From an uncultured Actinomycetota bacterium (GTDB lineage Bacteria > Actinomycetota > Actinomycetes > JACCUZ01): a stretch of 64,000 nucleotides of DNA. Under the pieces are notes generated by a model, which was given only the letters and a program-made list of their open reading frames with translations, did not search any database and had not been told where the DNA came from. The stretch spans positions 708,784-772,783 of the forward strand of contig CAVVSW010000005.1 in assembly GCA_963751035.1 (NCBI GenBank), read 5' to 3'. Numbering within the stretch: position 1 is the stretch's first letter; every line of letters begins with the position of its first letter. Below are positions 8,424 through 17,478 of this stretch, one piece after another. Position numbers and translations under genes: made by a program.

Positions 8424-9248
8424 ATGGCACGGGAATACGAGACGACGGACGACACCAGTGCCGCCCGTCCGGTGAGCACGCGTGACGACCGGGCGATGAC
8501 CGATGGAACGCGTGACGACCGGACCATGGCCGATGGCACCCACGACGACCGCACGATGGTCACCGACGGCACCCGTCACAGCACGACAGCGACGGACACG
8601 ACCACAGGCACCATGCGCGACGACGGCGCTGTTCGCACCGACCGTGACCGGGACGGCGTCCCGGACGAGGTCGACCTGCGCGACCGTGAGCACCGCACCG
8701 AGGTCGCTCGCGACCACGTGCACCGTCAGCACGAGTTCTACGGCGGGTTCAAGTGGGGCGCCGGCTTCTTCGGCTTCCTCTCCGCGATGGGCTTCACCGT
8801 CCTGCTGGTCGCGATCGCCTCTGCGGCGGGCGTGGCCCTCGGGTACACGACCGCTGACACCGATGCGTCCAACCCGGACGCCGAGACCGTCGGCCTGGTC
8901 GGCGCCATCGTCCTGCTCGTGATCATCGGCCTCGGCTACTACGCCGGTGGCTACGTGGCTGGGCGGATGGCCCGCTTCGACGGTGCCCGCCAGGGTGTCG
9001 GCGTCTGGATCATCGGCGTGCTGGTGACCGTCGGGCTCGCCGTCGCCGGCTGGGCGTTCGGGTCGGAGTACAACGTGCTGAACGACCTCAACATGCCGCG
9101 GATCCCCGTGGAAGAGGGCGACGCCACCACCGCCGGTGTCATCGCGCTTGCCGCGGTGCTCCTCGTCACCCTGTTCGCCGCGATCTCCGGCGGCAAGGTC
9201 GGCGAGCGCTACCACCGCAAGGTGGACCGCGCCGGCATCGACGCCTGA
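8424..9248 (+). CDS. Membrane protein with an Asp/Arg/Thr-rich repetitive N-terminus and 4 predicted TM helices
   Basis: GGAGG Shine-Dalgarno lies upstream of the ATG at 8424. The hydrophobic C-terminal half includes FFGFLSAMGFTVLLVAIASAAGV and others. GC3 is high. No family recognised. Confidence 0.65.
   Translation: MAREYETTDDTSAARPVSTRDDRAMTDGTRDDRTMADGTHDDRTMVTDGTRHSTTATDTTTGTMRDDGAVRTDRDRDGVPDEVDLRDREHRTEVARDHVHRQHEFYGGFKWGAGFFGFLSAMGFTVLLVAIASAAGVALGYTTADTDASNPDAETVGLVGAIVLLVIIGLGYYAGGYVAGRMARFDGARQGVGVWIIGVLVTVGLAVAGWAFGSEYNVLNDLNMPRIPVEEGDATTAGVIALAAVLLVTLFAAISGGKVGERYHRKVDRAGIDA
8481..8573 (+). repeat. Three tandem 30-33 nt in-frame repeats (R/H-DDR-x-M-x-DGT)
   Basis: The units are cgtgacgaccgggcgatgaccgatggaacg, cgtgacgaccggaccatggccgatggcacc and cacgacgaccgcacgatggtcaccgacggcacc. 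Confidence 0.7.
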
Positions 9249-9261
9249 CACAATTGCCGGC

Positions 9262-9900
9262 GTGGAACCACGCCGACCTGATGCGCCACGGCGGCCGACC
9301 CTTCTCGGGCCGGCCGCCTTGGCGACTTTTTCGGGGGGTGCCGACCCGGCCGAGCTCGCCGAGGCGGCGCACGCGACGGCAACGGCGCTGGTCACGGCGG
9401 GTCGCAGCACCGACGACCCCGAGACGGCGCAGCGGCTCGTCCGCCTGATGGACGAGGTCGGCATCGACACCGTCGCCGAGATGTGGGCCGACCGCCCGGC
9501 CCGCTCGTTGCCGGGTGTGCTCTGGCGCCTCTATGCGCTGCGCGAATGGGTGTGCCGCGACCCCGAGGGGGCCGCCGTCGACTTCCGTGCGGGAGAGCAG
9601 CGCGCCGAGGTCGCCCGCGTCGTCGCCGGTGCAGCCGAGCCGCCGACACCCGAGGCGATGCGCGCCCTCCTCGACGAGATCCTCGGCGGGGTGTTCCGCG
9701 GTGACCTGGCCGTCGCCCTGGAGCGGGCCGGCGCCTTCGCCCGGGTCGTCGCGACCGGCCGGGCCTGCCGCGCCGACGACTGCGGCGACGTTGACCCGTC
9801 AACGGCGGCTGAGCTGACCCGGCGGTCGGCCTCTCTGCAGCGCACGGCCGAGGACCTGGAGGCAGCGGCCAAGCTGTGGCGCACCGCCGACCTCGTCTGA
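9262..9900 (+). CDS. Conserved-looking hypothetical protein
   Basis: The frame of track ORF 9136..9900 has a well-formed acidic helical sequence (VRLMDEVGIDTVAEMWADRPARSLPGVLWRLYALREWV). GTG 9262 is the first start after the upstream stop, so the start is uncertain. Confidence 0.6.
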   Translation: MEPRRPDAPRRPTLLGPAALATFSGGADPAELAEAAHATATALVTAGRSTDDPETAQRLVRLMDEVGIDTVAEMWADRPARSLPGVLWRLYALREWVCRDPEGAAVDFRAGEQRAEVARVVAGAAEPPTPEAMRALLDEILGGVFRGDLAVALERAGAFARVVATGRACRADDCGDVDPSTAAELTRRSASLQRTAEDLEAAAKLWRTADLV

Positions 9901-9989
9901 TCGGCCGACACCCGCGAAGCCGGCAGGATCACCCGATCGCCACGCCCAGGAACATGACAAGACGCGTTCTGGTTGTCAGACTCATGGGC

Positions 9990-10092
9990 GACCCCTCGGG
10001 GTCACCCGGGCGTCGGGCCGCGGCAGCCCCGGGTCCCATTTGAAGCCGCTTCGAGCGGCCCTGCGCCGTGAGGCGCTCCCGGCCCGACGCCC
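9990..10092 (+). ncRNA. Candidate structured RNA or elaborate bidirectional terminator between convergent genes
   Basis: Perfect 13-bp long-range helix: GGGCGTCGGGCCG at 10008-10020 pairs with CGGCCCGACGCCC at 10080-10092. It encloses hairpins gccgc-ttcga-gcggc and gcgcc-GTGA-ggcgc. Hairpin gaccc-CTCG-gggtc lies just upstream. Loop types favour the + strand. Confidence 0.3.
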
Positions 10093-10113
10093 ACACATCC
10101 GTCACTGATGCGA

Positions 10114-11016
10114 TCAGTTCTCGACGCGGTCGACCGCCTCGCGGGACCGCGTCACCGCGGCCTGAGCCGCCTTCAGCGCGGCCGCGGCCCGGCGGGTCCG
10201 CCAGCGGGCCTGCTCGTCCTTCTCTGCTGCCTCGTCCTGTGCCGCCTGCGCCTCCTCCAGCTGGGACTGCAGCGCGTCCCGCCGCTCCTGCGCCGCAGTG
10301 AGCGCGCGTGCGGTGGCCGCCCCGTCCTTCTCGGCCAGGACGTGCTCGTCCTCGGCTTCCTCGAGGGTCTGCTCGGCTTCGCGCAGCCGCTCCTGTGCCC
10401 GCGCCCGCTTCTCCGCCCGCTTGCGGTCGGCCGCGGTCTCCTTGGCAGCCCCGGCCTGTCCCTGCTTTCCCTTATCGCGAGCGGGGCCGGACGCCTTCTT
10501 GGTCGCCTTCCCCCCACGGTCACCGGCGGGCGACGGTGCACCGAAGCCGGTGAACTCGGTCGCGTGGGTCAGTTGCCCCGACAGCACCTCACGGGCGACG
10601 TCCGGGTCGGCCAGCGCGGCCCGGAGGCTGGACTCCACCTCGGTGTCGAGCACGCTGCCGGTGACGCTGCGTCCGGCGTCCTTGGCCAGCCCGCGGGCCC
10701 GGGCCACCAGGCCGGACACCAGTTCCTGGCGTTGCCGGCCGAGGGCCCGCAGGTCCTCGCCGGAGAGCTGCTCCTGCGCGGTGCGCAGCTGGTCGGCCAG
10801 CGCGCTCACCTGGTCGGCCAGCGACGGGTCGTCACCGACCAGCAGGTTGACCAGCCAGGCACCGACCGTCGGCTTGCGCAGCGCGGCGACCTGCTTCGCT
10901 GTCTCCTTGTCGCCGCTGTCGCGCAATGCCTTCACGCGCTCTGCTCGAGCGGACACGAAGTCCTCCGGCGGCGCCTGGTAGAGCTCCGCGACGGCGTCGG
11001 CCAGCTCGTCGCTCAT
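10114..11016 (-). CDS. Hypothetical protein with a C-terminal Ala/Glu/Arg-rich coiled coil
   Basis: 300 aa. The ATG at 11016 overlaps the GH2 stop (ATGA). The structured N-terminal half starts MSDELADAVAELYQAPPEDFVSARAERVKALR. The track ORF to 11766 is an out-of-frame extension through GH2. Confidence 0.7.
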   Translation of the reverse strand: MSDELADAVAELYQAPPEDFVSARAERVKALRDSGDKETAKQVAALRKPTVGAWLVNLLVGDDPSLADQVSALADQLRTAQEQLSGEDLRALGRQRQELVSGLVARARGLAKDAGRSVTGSVLDTEVESSLRAALADPDVAREVLSGQLTHATEFTGFGAPSPAGDRGGKATKKASGPARDKGKQGQAGAAKETAADRKRAEKRARAQERLREAEQTLEEAEDEHVLAEKDGAATARALTAAQERRDALQSQLEEAQAAQDEAAEKDEQARWRTRRAAAALKAAQAAVTRSREAVDRVEN

Positions 11017-12857
11017 CCGTCCTCGGCGGGGTCCGGCTCGAAGGCGGCGTCTCCGGGCACCGCGGCCGGCGTACGCAGGTTGATCCGACGCACCTCGCGC
11101 GCTTCGATCTTCGGCCTGCGTTCCTCGGTCACCAGACCGTTCTTCTCCTGCAGCGTGTCGGTGAGCTGGGTGTAGCAGAAGCCGGCGATGGCAGGACTGT
11201 CGAGCAGGGCGTCGACAAGCTCGCGGTAGACCTTCAGCAGAGACGCGGCGTCGGTGACCACGCCGTAGCCGTGCCACGTCTCGCCCTCGCTCGTGTCGAG
11301 GGTGAGGCCGCCGAACTCGCTGAGCACCACGGGCTCGCCGGCCCGGTCGATGCCGGACACCAGGATCGCGCGGTAGCCCGGCTGCACCTCGGCGATCGTC
11401 GTCTCGACCGAGCCCGCGTCGCCGTAGCGCTCGCGCAGCACCCGGGCGTCCGGTGTGTAGTCGTGCACGGTGGTGATGTCGGTGACGACGTGCTCCCAGC
11501 CGTCGTTGCCGACCACCAGCCGGGTCGGGTCCAGCGCCTTGGTGAGGTGGAACAGCGCGCGCACCAGCTCCTGCTGCTGCGGGTCGTCGGCCACGCCGGG
11601 CACGCCCCAGCTCTCGTTGATCGGCACCCACGCGATCACGCACGGGTGGTTGTGGTCGCGCTCGAGGACCTCCGTCCACTCCCGCACCAGCCGGTGCACC
11701 GTGGTGGTCGAGAACTCGTACGCCGAGGGCATCTCGCCCCACACAAGCACACCCAGCCGGTCGCACCAGTGCAGGAACCGCGGGTCCTCGACCTTCTGGT
11801 GCAGCCGCAACCCGTTGAAGCCGAGCTCCTTGACCAGCTCGACCTCACGGCGCAGCGCCTCGGCGTCGGGTGCGGCGAGGTGCGACTCGGGCCAGAAGTT
11901 CTGCGCGAGCACCAGCTTGAGGAAGTAGGGGTGCTCGTTCAGCAGGATCCGGCCGCCACGGGCGCGAACGCTGCGCATCGCCGTGTAGCTGCCGACCTCG
12001 TCGACCACGGTGTCGCCCTCGAGCAGCGTCACCGTCGCGGTCATCAGGTTGGGGTGCTCCGGCGACCAGAGGTAGCCGCGCCGGCCGAGCGAGGTCACCG
12101 TCGATGGCAGCGCGATCTCGCGGGTGACCTCGTCGCCGTCGACGGCATACACGTCGTCCGCGACGCTGACCTCGCCGAGGGCGAGCTGCACGCGCACGTG
12201 CATCGGTCGCTGATGCGTGCGGGCGAGCCGAACAGTCACGGCGAGCGCCGATGCGGCGACGTCGGGGGTCCACCGCACCGCGGCCACTCGCGTGGCCGGC
12301 ACCGCCTCGAGCCACACGGGCTGCCAGATCCCGGTGGTCCGGCGGTACCAGATGACGTGTGGCGTGGGCTCCCAGTCCTGCTTGCCGCGCGGCTGGTGCC
12401 GGTCGCCCGGAAGGTCCTCGGCCCGTACGACGAGGACCTGCTCGTCCGCGTCGACGAGTGCCGTCGAGATGTCGGCCGAGAACGGCGTGTGACCGCCCTC
12501 GTGGGTCGCCACGAGCTGGCCGTTGACCCAGACGGTGGCCCGGTAGTCGACGGCACCGAGGTGCAGGAGCAGTCGGTTGGCCGAACCGTCCGGTGCGGAC
12601 TGTGACGCGGGCCGCGAGAACGTCCGGCGGTACCACACCACCGGGTGGAACGACTCGTCACCGATGCCGCTCCGCGCGGACTCGGGTGGGAACGGCACCT
12701 CGATGGTGCGGTCGAAGACGTCGACGCGCTCCTGCCATCGGTCGACCAGCCCGGTGTCCTCGTCGTCGTACGCGAACGACCAGGTGCCGCACAGGTCGGT
12801 CCAGCTCGGGCGCGTCAGCGTCGGCCGGGGGTGTCCGTCGACGTACGGCGTGGTCAT
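11013..12857 (-). CDS. Glycoside hydrolase family 2 protein (beta-galactosidase/glucuronidase/mannosidase-like)
   Basis: 614 aa with GAVDYRATVWVNGQLV in the sugar-binding domain, WVPINESWG (acid/base) and VLSEFGG (nucleophile). The ATG at 12857 overlaps the GH43 stop. Confidence 0.9.
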   Translation of the reverse strand: MTTPYVDGHPRPTLTRPSWTDLCGTWSFAYDDEDTGLVDRWQERVDVFDRTIEVPFPPESARSGIGDESFHPVVWYRRTFSRPASQSAPDGSANRLLLHLGAVDYRATVWVNGQLVATHEGGHTPFSADISTALVDADEQVLVVRAEDLPGDRHQPRGKQDWEPTPHVIWYRRTTGIWQPVWLEAVPATRVAAVRWTPDVAASALAVTVRLARTHQRPMHVRVQLALGEVSVADDVYAVDGDEVTREIALPSTVTSLGRRGYLWSPEHPNLMTATVTLLEGDTVVDEVGSYTAMRSVRARGGRILLNEHPYFLKLVLAQNFWPESHLAAPDAEALRREVELVKELGFNGLRLHQKVEDPRFLHWCDRLGVLVWGEMPSAYEFSTTTVHRLVREWTEVLERDHNHPCVIAWVPINESWGVPGVADDPQQQELVRALFHLTKALDPTRLVVGNDGWEHVVTDITTVHDYTPDARVLRERYGDAGSVETTIAEVQPGYRAILVSGIDRAGEPVVLSEFGGLTLDTSEGETWHGYGVVTDAASLLKVYRELVDALLDSPAIAGFCYTQLTDTLQEKNGLVTEERRPKIEAREVRRINLRTPAAVPGDAAFEPDPAEDG

Positions 12858-13801
12858 GCCGGTGACCAGGGGAGCTCGCGCGGTTGCCAGCTGGGGCCGT
12901 CGACCGTCGGGGCGTCGGCGGTCCAGACGATCGGGTCGATGCACAGCCGGCGCTTCGTCTGCTCGGGATCCCAGGCGTGGTAGACCATCACGTCCGTGTG
13001 GTCCGGGCCGGCGACAACGCTGTTGTGGCCCGGTCCGATCACGTGTCCCGGCACGGTTCGCAGCAACGGCGGGCGGTCGGTCGGCTCGGTCCACGGCCCG
13101 AGCGGGTGGTCAGCCACGGCGTACGCCACTCCGTAGGTCGGCTCCAACCAGGAACCCCCCGAGTAGAAGAGGTAGTAGCGACCGTCGCGACGTCGGACGA
13201 ACGGTCCCTCCAACGTGTGCCAGTCGTAGACCTGGCCGTACATCTCGCGGTCGCGCAGGAAGATCTGCCAGTCCTTCGACGGCGGCAGGATCGTGCGCGC
13301 CGCACCGCGCAGCTCGGTCATCGAGTCGAGTGTGTCGACGGCGAGCATCGTCCCGACCCGCTCGCCTTCGAGCACGTCGTGGGCGAAGAAGAGGTACCAG
13401 GTCCCGTCCTCGTCGCGGAACGGGTGCGGATCGATCGCGAACCGCTCGTTCGGCGTGAGGTTGACGCCGGTGTCGCGGTAGGGACCGGTCGCCTCGTCCG
13501 CCACCGCGACCCGCAGGTGGTGGCCGCTGTCGCCGTGGCCCACCGAGTAGTAGAGGAACCACTGCCCGTCGTGCTCGGCGATCTCCGGGGCCCAGTAGTC
13601 GCTGCCGAGCTCGGCGTCGACCGGCTCGAGTGCGGCTCCGATCGATGACCAGTGCACGAGATCCGGCGATGTCAGCAGCTCGAAGATGTGCCCGTCGACC
13701 GCGCTTCCGGTGCCGACGGCGAGGTAGCCGTCTGCGGTCGGCATCACGAACGGGTCCGCGAAGGCCCCGTCGTGAACGGGATTGCGAAAGGGGATCGGCA
13801 T
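12854..13801 (-). CDS. Glycoside hydrolase family 43 protein (intracellular)
   Basis: 315 aa starting MPIPFRNPVHDGAFADPFV, with YWAPEI, RFAIDPHPFRDEDGTWYLFF and EGPFVRRRDGRYYLFYSGG. These are the five-bladed propeller motifs. Confidence 0.9.
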   Translation of the reverse strand: MPIPFRNPVHDGAFADPFVMPTADGYLAVGTGSAVDGHIFELLTSPDLVHWSSIGAALEPVDAELGSDYWAPEIAEHDGQWFLYYSVGHGDSGHHLRVAVADEATGPYRDTGVNLTPNERFAIDPHPFRDEDGTWYLFFAHDVLEGERVGTMLAVDTLDSMTELRGAARTILPPSKDWQIFLRDREMYGQVYDWHTLEGPFVRRRDGRYYLFYSGGSWLEPTYGVAYAVADHPLGPWTEPTDRPPLLRTVPGHVIGPGHNSVVAGPDHTDVMVYHAWDPEQTKRRLCIDPIVWTADAPTVDGPSWQPRELPWSPA

Positions 13802-13811
13802 GGCGGTTGCA

Positions 13812-14875
13812 TCATGCCGCACCGGAACCGGTGCTCTCACGGACCGCGAGGTCGAAGGGGGCGATGACCTCCCGCGGGCGGTGTCCGCCCGGCCCCCGTC
13901 CTCGAGCTGCTCGGCCAGCAGTCGGACCGCGAGCTCGGCGATCCGCTTCTTGTCCGGCCGGATGGTGGTCAGCGTCGGTGTCGAGTAGCGGCCGTCCTCG
14001 ATGTCGTCGAAGCCGACGACCGCGACGTCATCGGGAACGCGCACGCCCTGCTCGTGCAGCACGCGCATCGCGCCGAGGGCGAGCAGGTCGTTGAAGCAGA
14101 ACACCGCATCCGGGGGAGCGGGCAGTGACAGCAGCCCGGTCATGGCGGCCGCACCGTCGGCGCGGTGGTAGCTCTCGGACGGCACGACGAGGTCGTCGTC
14201 GACGGAGAGACCGGCCGCGCCGATGGCCTCGACGTAGCCCTGCAAGCGCAATCGGGCCGTGCCGCTGGAGGGACGCTGTTGCTCACCGATGGCCGCGATG
14301 CGGCGTCGCCCGCCCTGCAGCAGGTGCTCCGTGGCGGCACGGGCGGCGGCGACGTTGTCGATGCTGACGTGGTCGGCGGGGCCGTCGTAGACGCGCTCAC
14401 CGAGCAGGACCAGCGGAGTCGTGTCCCGCCGCGCGACCAGGTCGTGCCGGCCGGTCGCCAGCGGGCTGATGATGAGCCCGTCGATCAGCTGCGACCGGAA
14501 GCCGTCGAGCACCAGGCGCTCCCGCTCGTTGTCACCACCGGTCTGGTCGACCAGCACGGTCCAGCCGAGCTGCTCGGCGGCCGTGACCAGATGGGCCGCG
14601 AGCTCGGCGAAGTACGGGATGTCCAGCTCGGGGACCGCCAGCGCGATCAGTCCGGACCGGCCGCGGCGCAGGTTGCGGGCGACCATGTTGGGCCGGTAGT
14701 TGAGCTCGTCGAGCGCGGAATTGACCTTCGCCCGGGTCGCGGCAGAGACGTGGGCATGACCGTTGACCACGTTCGAGACAGTCGCCCGGGACACTCCCGC
14801 CCGCGTGGCGACGTCCTGGAGGCGGGCACGGGTGGGGCCCGTCCCGTCGGCGGCTGGGGTGCGGGTCGGTCGCAC
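13812..14875 (-). pseudogene. LacI family transcriptional regulator, frame broken near the 3' end (net -1 nt)
   Basis: HTH RLQDVATRAGVSRATVSNVVNG followed by a periplasmic-binding-like core. The canonical C-terminus REVIAPFDLAVRESTGSGAA-stop (TGA 13812-13814) is only reachable in another frame. As sequenced the frame runs on into GH43. Confidence 0.75.
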
Positions 14876-14947
14876 GCGGCCGAGGGTAGCCCTGGTCCCA
14901 CCCTGAGTCGATCTTGACCCCTGGTCGGTCTGAGCGGGATTGGGGGG

Positions 14948-14963
14948 TTTGGAGCGCTCCAAA
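14948..14963. promoter_or_regulatory. LacI/CebR-type operator TTTGGAGCGCTCCAAA
   Basis: Perfect 16-bp palindrome in the divergent region between lacI (start 14875) and the secreted GH43 gene (start 15040). It resembles the TGGGAGCGCTCCCA CebR box. Confidence 0.55.
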
Positions 14964-15039
14964 TTCGTGGTAGACACACCTTCGGGTCCACCGCCGTTCG
15001 GCAGGGCGCGCCTGCGCTCGCACAGCGAGGGGTATTGCG

Positions 15040-17382
15040 ATGAAGGTCCGAAGCACCGCGGCAGCAGCCGTTCTCGCCCTGGCCACCGTGGCCCTGCTCG
15101 CCGGGTCCGCCGCGAGCTCCGCGGTCGCCGCACCGGCCGCGGGCACGCCGTACGTGAACCCCGTCTCCAAGGACTTCGCCGACACCTTCGCCGACCCCTC
15201 GGTGATCCGCGGCAAGGACGGCTGGTGGTACTCCTACGGCACCTCCGACCCGCTGCGCCAGGGTGAGCGGGTCGCGCACCGCATCCCGCAGGCCAAGTCA
15301 CGCAACCTCGTCGACTGGACCCACGTCGGTGACGCGTTCACCGCAGCGAACATGCCGACCTGGGCGGCCCCGAACGCGTCGATCTGGGCGCCCGACATCC
15401 GCTACGTCGACGGCCAGTACCGCATGTACTACGTCGTGACCGAGACGCAGCCACCGGGCGGCACCAGCGAGCCCAACGACAACGCCGTCGGCATGGCCAC
15501 CGCCCCGACACCGGTCGGCCCGTGGAAGGACAGCGGCGCGCCGGTCGTCGGACCGCGGCGCGGCGGGCAGGTCGGCGACGGCAACTTCAAGTGGACGTTC
15601 GACCCAGCAGCGGTGACGGACGTCGACGGGTCCCAGTGGCTCTTCTACGGCTCCTACTACGGCGGCGTCTTCGTCGTCCCGCTCTCCGACGACGGCACCA
15701 AGACCATCGGCGAACCGACCATGGTCGCGATCGACAACAAGTTCGAGGGCTCGTACGTCGTGCGCCGCGGCGGCTACTGGTACTTCTTCGGCTCGGCGGC
15801 CAACTGCTGCGCCGGGCCCACCACCGGCTACAGCGTCCAGGTGGGTCGCTCACGTGACCTGCGTGGCCCCTACGTCGACCGGGAAGGCGTGCCGTTGCTC
15901 GCGTCGCGCGCGGGTGGGTCGCCGACGCTGATGCAGAACGGCAACCGCTGGATCGGCGCCGGCCACAACGCCGTCGTCACCGACCTGGCCGGTCAGGACT
16001 GGATCGCCTACCACGCGCTCGGTCGCGACGACCCGTGGCTGGATGAGCCACCGCCCGAGAACCAGGGCGCCATCACCGAGCGGCCGATGCTGCTCGACCG
16101 ACTCGACTGGGTCGACGGCTGGCCCTACGTGCGCGCCGACGCCGGCCCCAGCGACGACACCCAGCCCGGCCCGGTCACCGACGGTGCCGCATTCACGACG
16201 TTCGAGGAAGGCATGGGCACGCCGTTCCGCACCCAGGGCGCCTGGTCGACAGCGACCGCAGACCCGCAGTCCGGCCGGTACGCCGACGCCGTGCGCAACC
16301 AGTCGACGATCACCGCACCGGTGGACCACCCGGGCACGGTCCACGCCGAGGCCGACATCCGTGGTGCCGCCGGGATCGTGCTCGGGACGGCGAGCAGCGG
16401 ACCCGAGACGCAGGTGTGGGTCGACCCGGGCGAGCACGTCCTGCGCGCGCAGGTGCTCGGTGGTCGCGGAGCAGGCGACCGTACGGCGAGCGCCCCGTTG
16501 CCGGCCAACTACAAGCCGGGCGTGTGGCACTCCCTCTCGGTGGAGGTCCGTGACGACCACCTGCATGCCGAGCTGACCCACGCCCGCCTGGGCGATCCCC
16601 TCGCCGTCGTGGACCTGGCGCTGCCGGCAGGTGCCGGCTCCGCTGCCGAGGCCGGCGCCATCGCCCGCGAGAAGGGGGCTGACGTCGACAACCTGAGCGT
16701 CCTCACGGCGTACACGCCGGTCACCGAGCTGGTCCAGGAGCACGTCCCCGGCACTCTGGTCCCGAGCGCGAGCGATGAGTTCAACGGCTCCCGCAAGGCC
16801 GACTGGACCTTCATCGACGACACCCGGGGCAACCCCGACCCCACGGTGAACGCGACCGAACTGGTGTGGCCGGTGGAGAACACCGACCTCAACGGACGCG
16901 GCAACGACGCCGGCCTGCTCCTGCGCGACCGGCCGAGCCAGCAGGGCGACTGGGCGATCGAGACGAAGCTGACGATCGACACCGGCGAGAACGACGTCCT
17001 GAACTACCAGCAGGGCGGGATCGTCGCCTACGTCAACGACGACCTGTTCACCCGGCTGTCGAACGTCGCGATCTGGAACACCCGGCAGACCGAGTTCGGC
17101 AAGGAGATGACCGACACCAACGGGGCGCTGCGCAGCGGCGGCACCATCGTCGGGCCGCCCGCAGCCACGACGTACCTGCGGATCGTGCACCGAACCGACC
17201 CGGCCAACGGCGAGCACGAGCTGCGGGCCTGGACGAAGCGCGAAGGCGGCGTCTGGGTGAAGGGCGGCGTCTGGACGTTGCCGGCCGATTCGGTCATCCG
17301 CATCGGTCTGATCTCGCACGGACGGCAGGGCGGAGACCCGCGCACATCACGATTTGACTACTTCCGGACCTATGTCGGCTGA
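15040..17382 (+). CDS. Secreted GH43 glycoside hydrolase with a C-terminal concanavalin/LamG-like domain
   Basis: 780 aa with a signal peptide (ALATVALLAGSAASSAVA). GH43 motifs include FADPSVIRGKDGWWY, IWAPDIRYVDGQYRMYY and EGSYVVRRGGYWYFFGS. The C-terminal beta-sandwich includes GLLLRDRPSQQGDWAIETK. Confidence 0.9.
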   Translation: MKVRSTAAAAVLALATVALLAGSAASSAVAAPAAGTPYVNPVSKDFADTFADPSVIRGKDGWWYSYGTSDPLRQGERVAHRIPQAKSRNLVDWTHVGDAFTAANMPTWAAPNASIWAPDIRYVDGQYRMYYVVTETQPPGGTSEPNDNAVGMATAPTPVGPWKDSGAPVVGPRRGGQVGDGNFKWTFDPAAVTDVDGSQWLFYGSYYGGVFVVPLSDDGTKTIGEPTMVAIDNKFEGSYVVRRGGYWYFFGSAANCCAGPTTGYSVQVGRSRDLRGPYVDREGVPLLASRAGGSPTLMQNGNRWIGAGHNAVVTDLAGQDWIAYHALGRDDPWLDEPPPENQGAITERPMLLDRLDWVDGWPYVRADAGPSDDTQPGPVTDGAAFTTFEEGMGTPFRTQGAWSTATADPQSGRYADAVRNQSTITAPVDHPGTVHAEADIRGAAGIVLGTASSGPETQVWVDPGEHVLRAQVLGGRGAGDRTASAPLPANYKPGVWHSLSVEVRDDHLHAELTHARLGDPLAVVDLALPAGAGSAAEAGAIAREKGADVDNLSVLTAYTPVTELVQEHVPGTLVPSASDEFNGSRKADWTFIDDTRGNPDPTVNATELVWPVENTDLNGRGNDAGLLLRDRPSQQGDWAIETKLTIDTGENDVLNYQQGGIVAYVNDDLFTRLSNVAIWNTRQTEFGKEMTDTNGALRSGGTIVGPPAATTYLRIVHRTDPANGEHELRAWTKREGGVWVKGGVWTLPADSVIRIGLISHGRQGGDPRTSRFDYFRTYVG

Positions 17383-17478
17383 TCAGGAGGCTGCACCGAG
17401 TGACCCGGCACCGGCCGGGGTAGGACCGCACAGCACCACCACCACGGATGACCGCGCACGAGTGCTCGAGGAGACGAC

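Noticed and set aside
8481-8573. Regularly spaced 30-nt repeats that could be mistaken for a mini CRISPR array.
   Set aside because: The units are directly adjacent with no spacers. They are in frame within a CDS and are imperfect at the DNA level but conserved at the peptide level.
9954-10043. 29-codon ORF (MTRRVLVVRLMGDPSGSPGRRAAAAPGSHL) in the convergent spacer.
   Set aside because: It has no convincing Shine-Dalgarno and a composition like random GC-rich translation. It also overlaps the hairpin-rich element, which is better explained as RNA structure.
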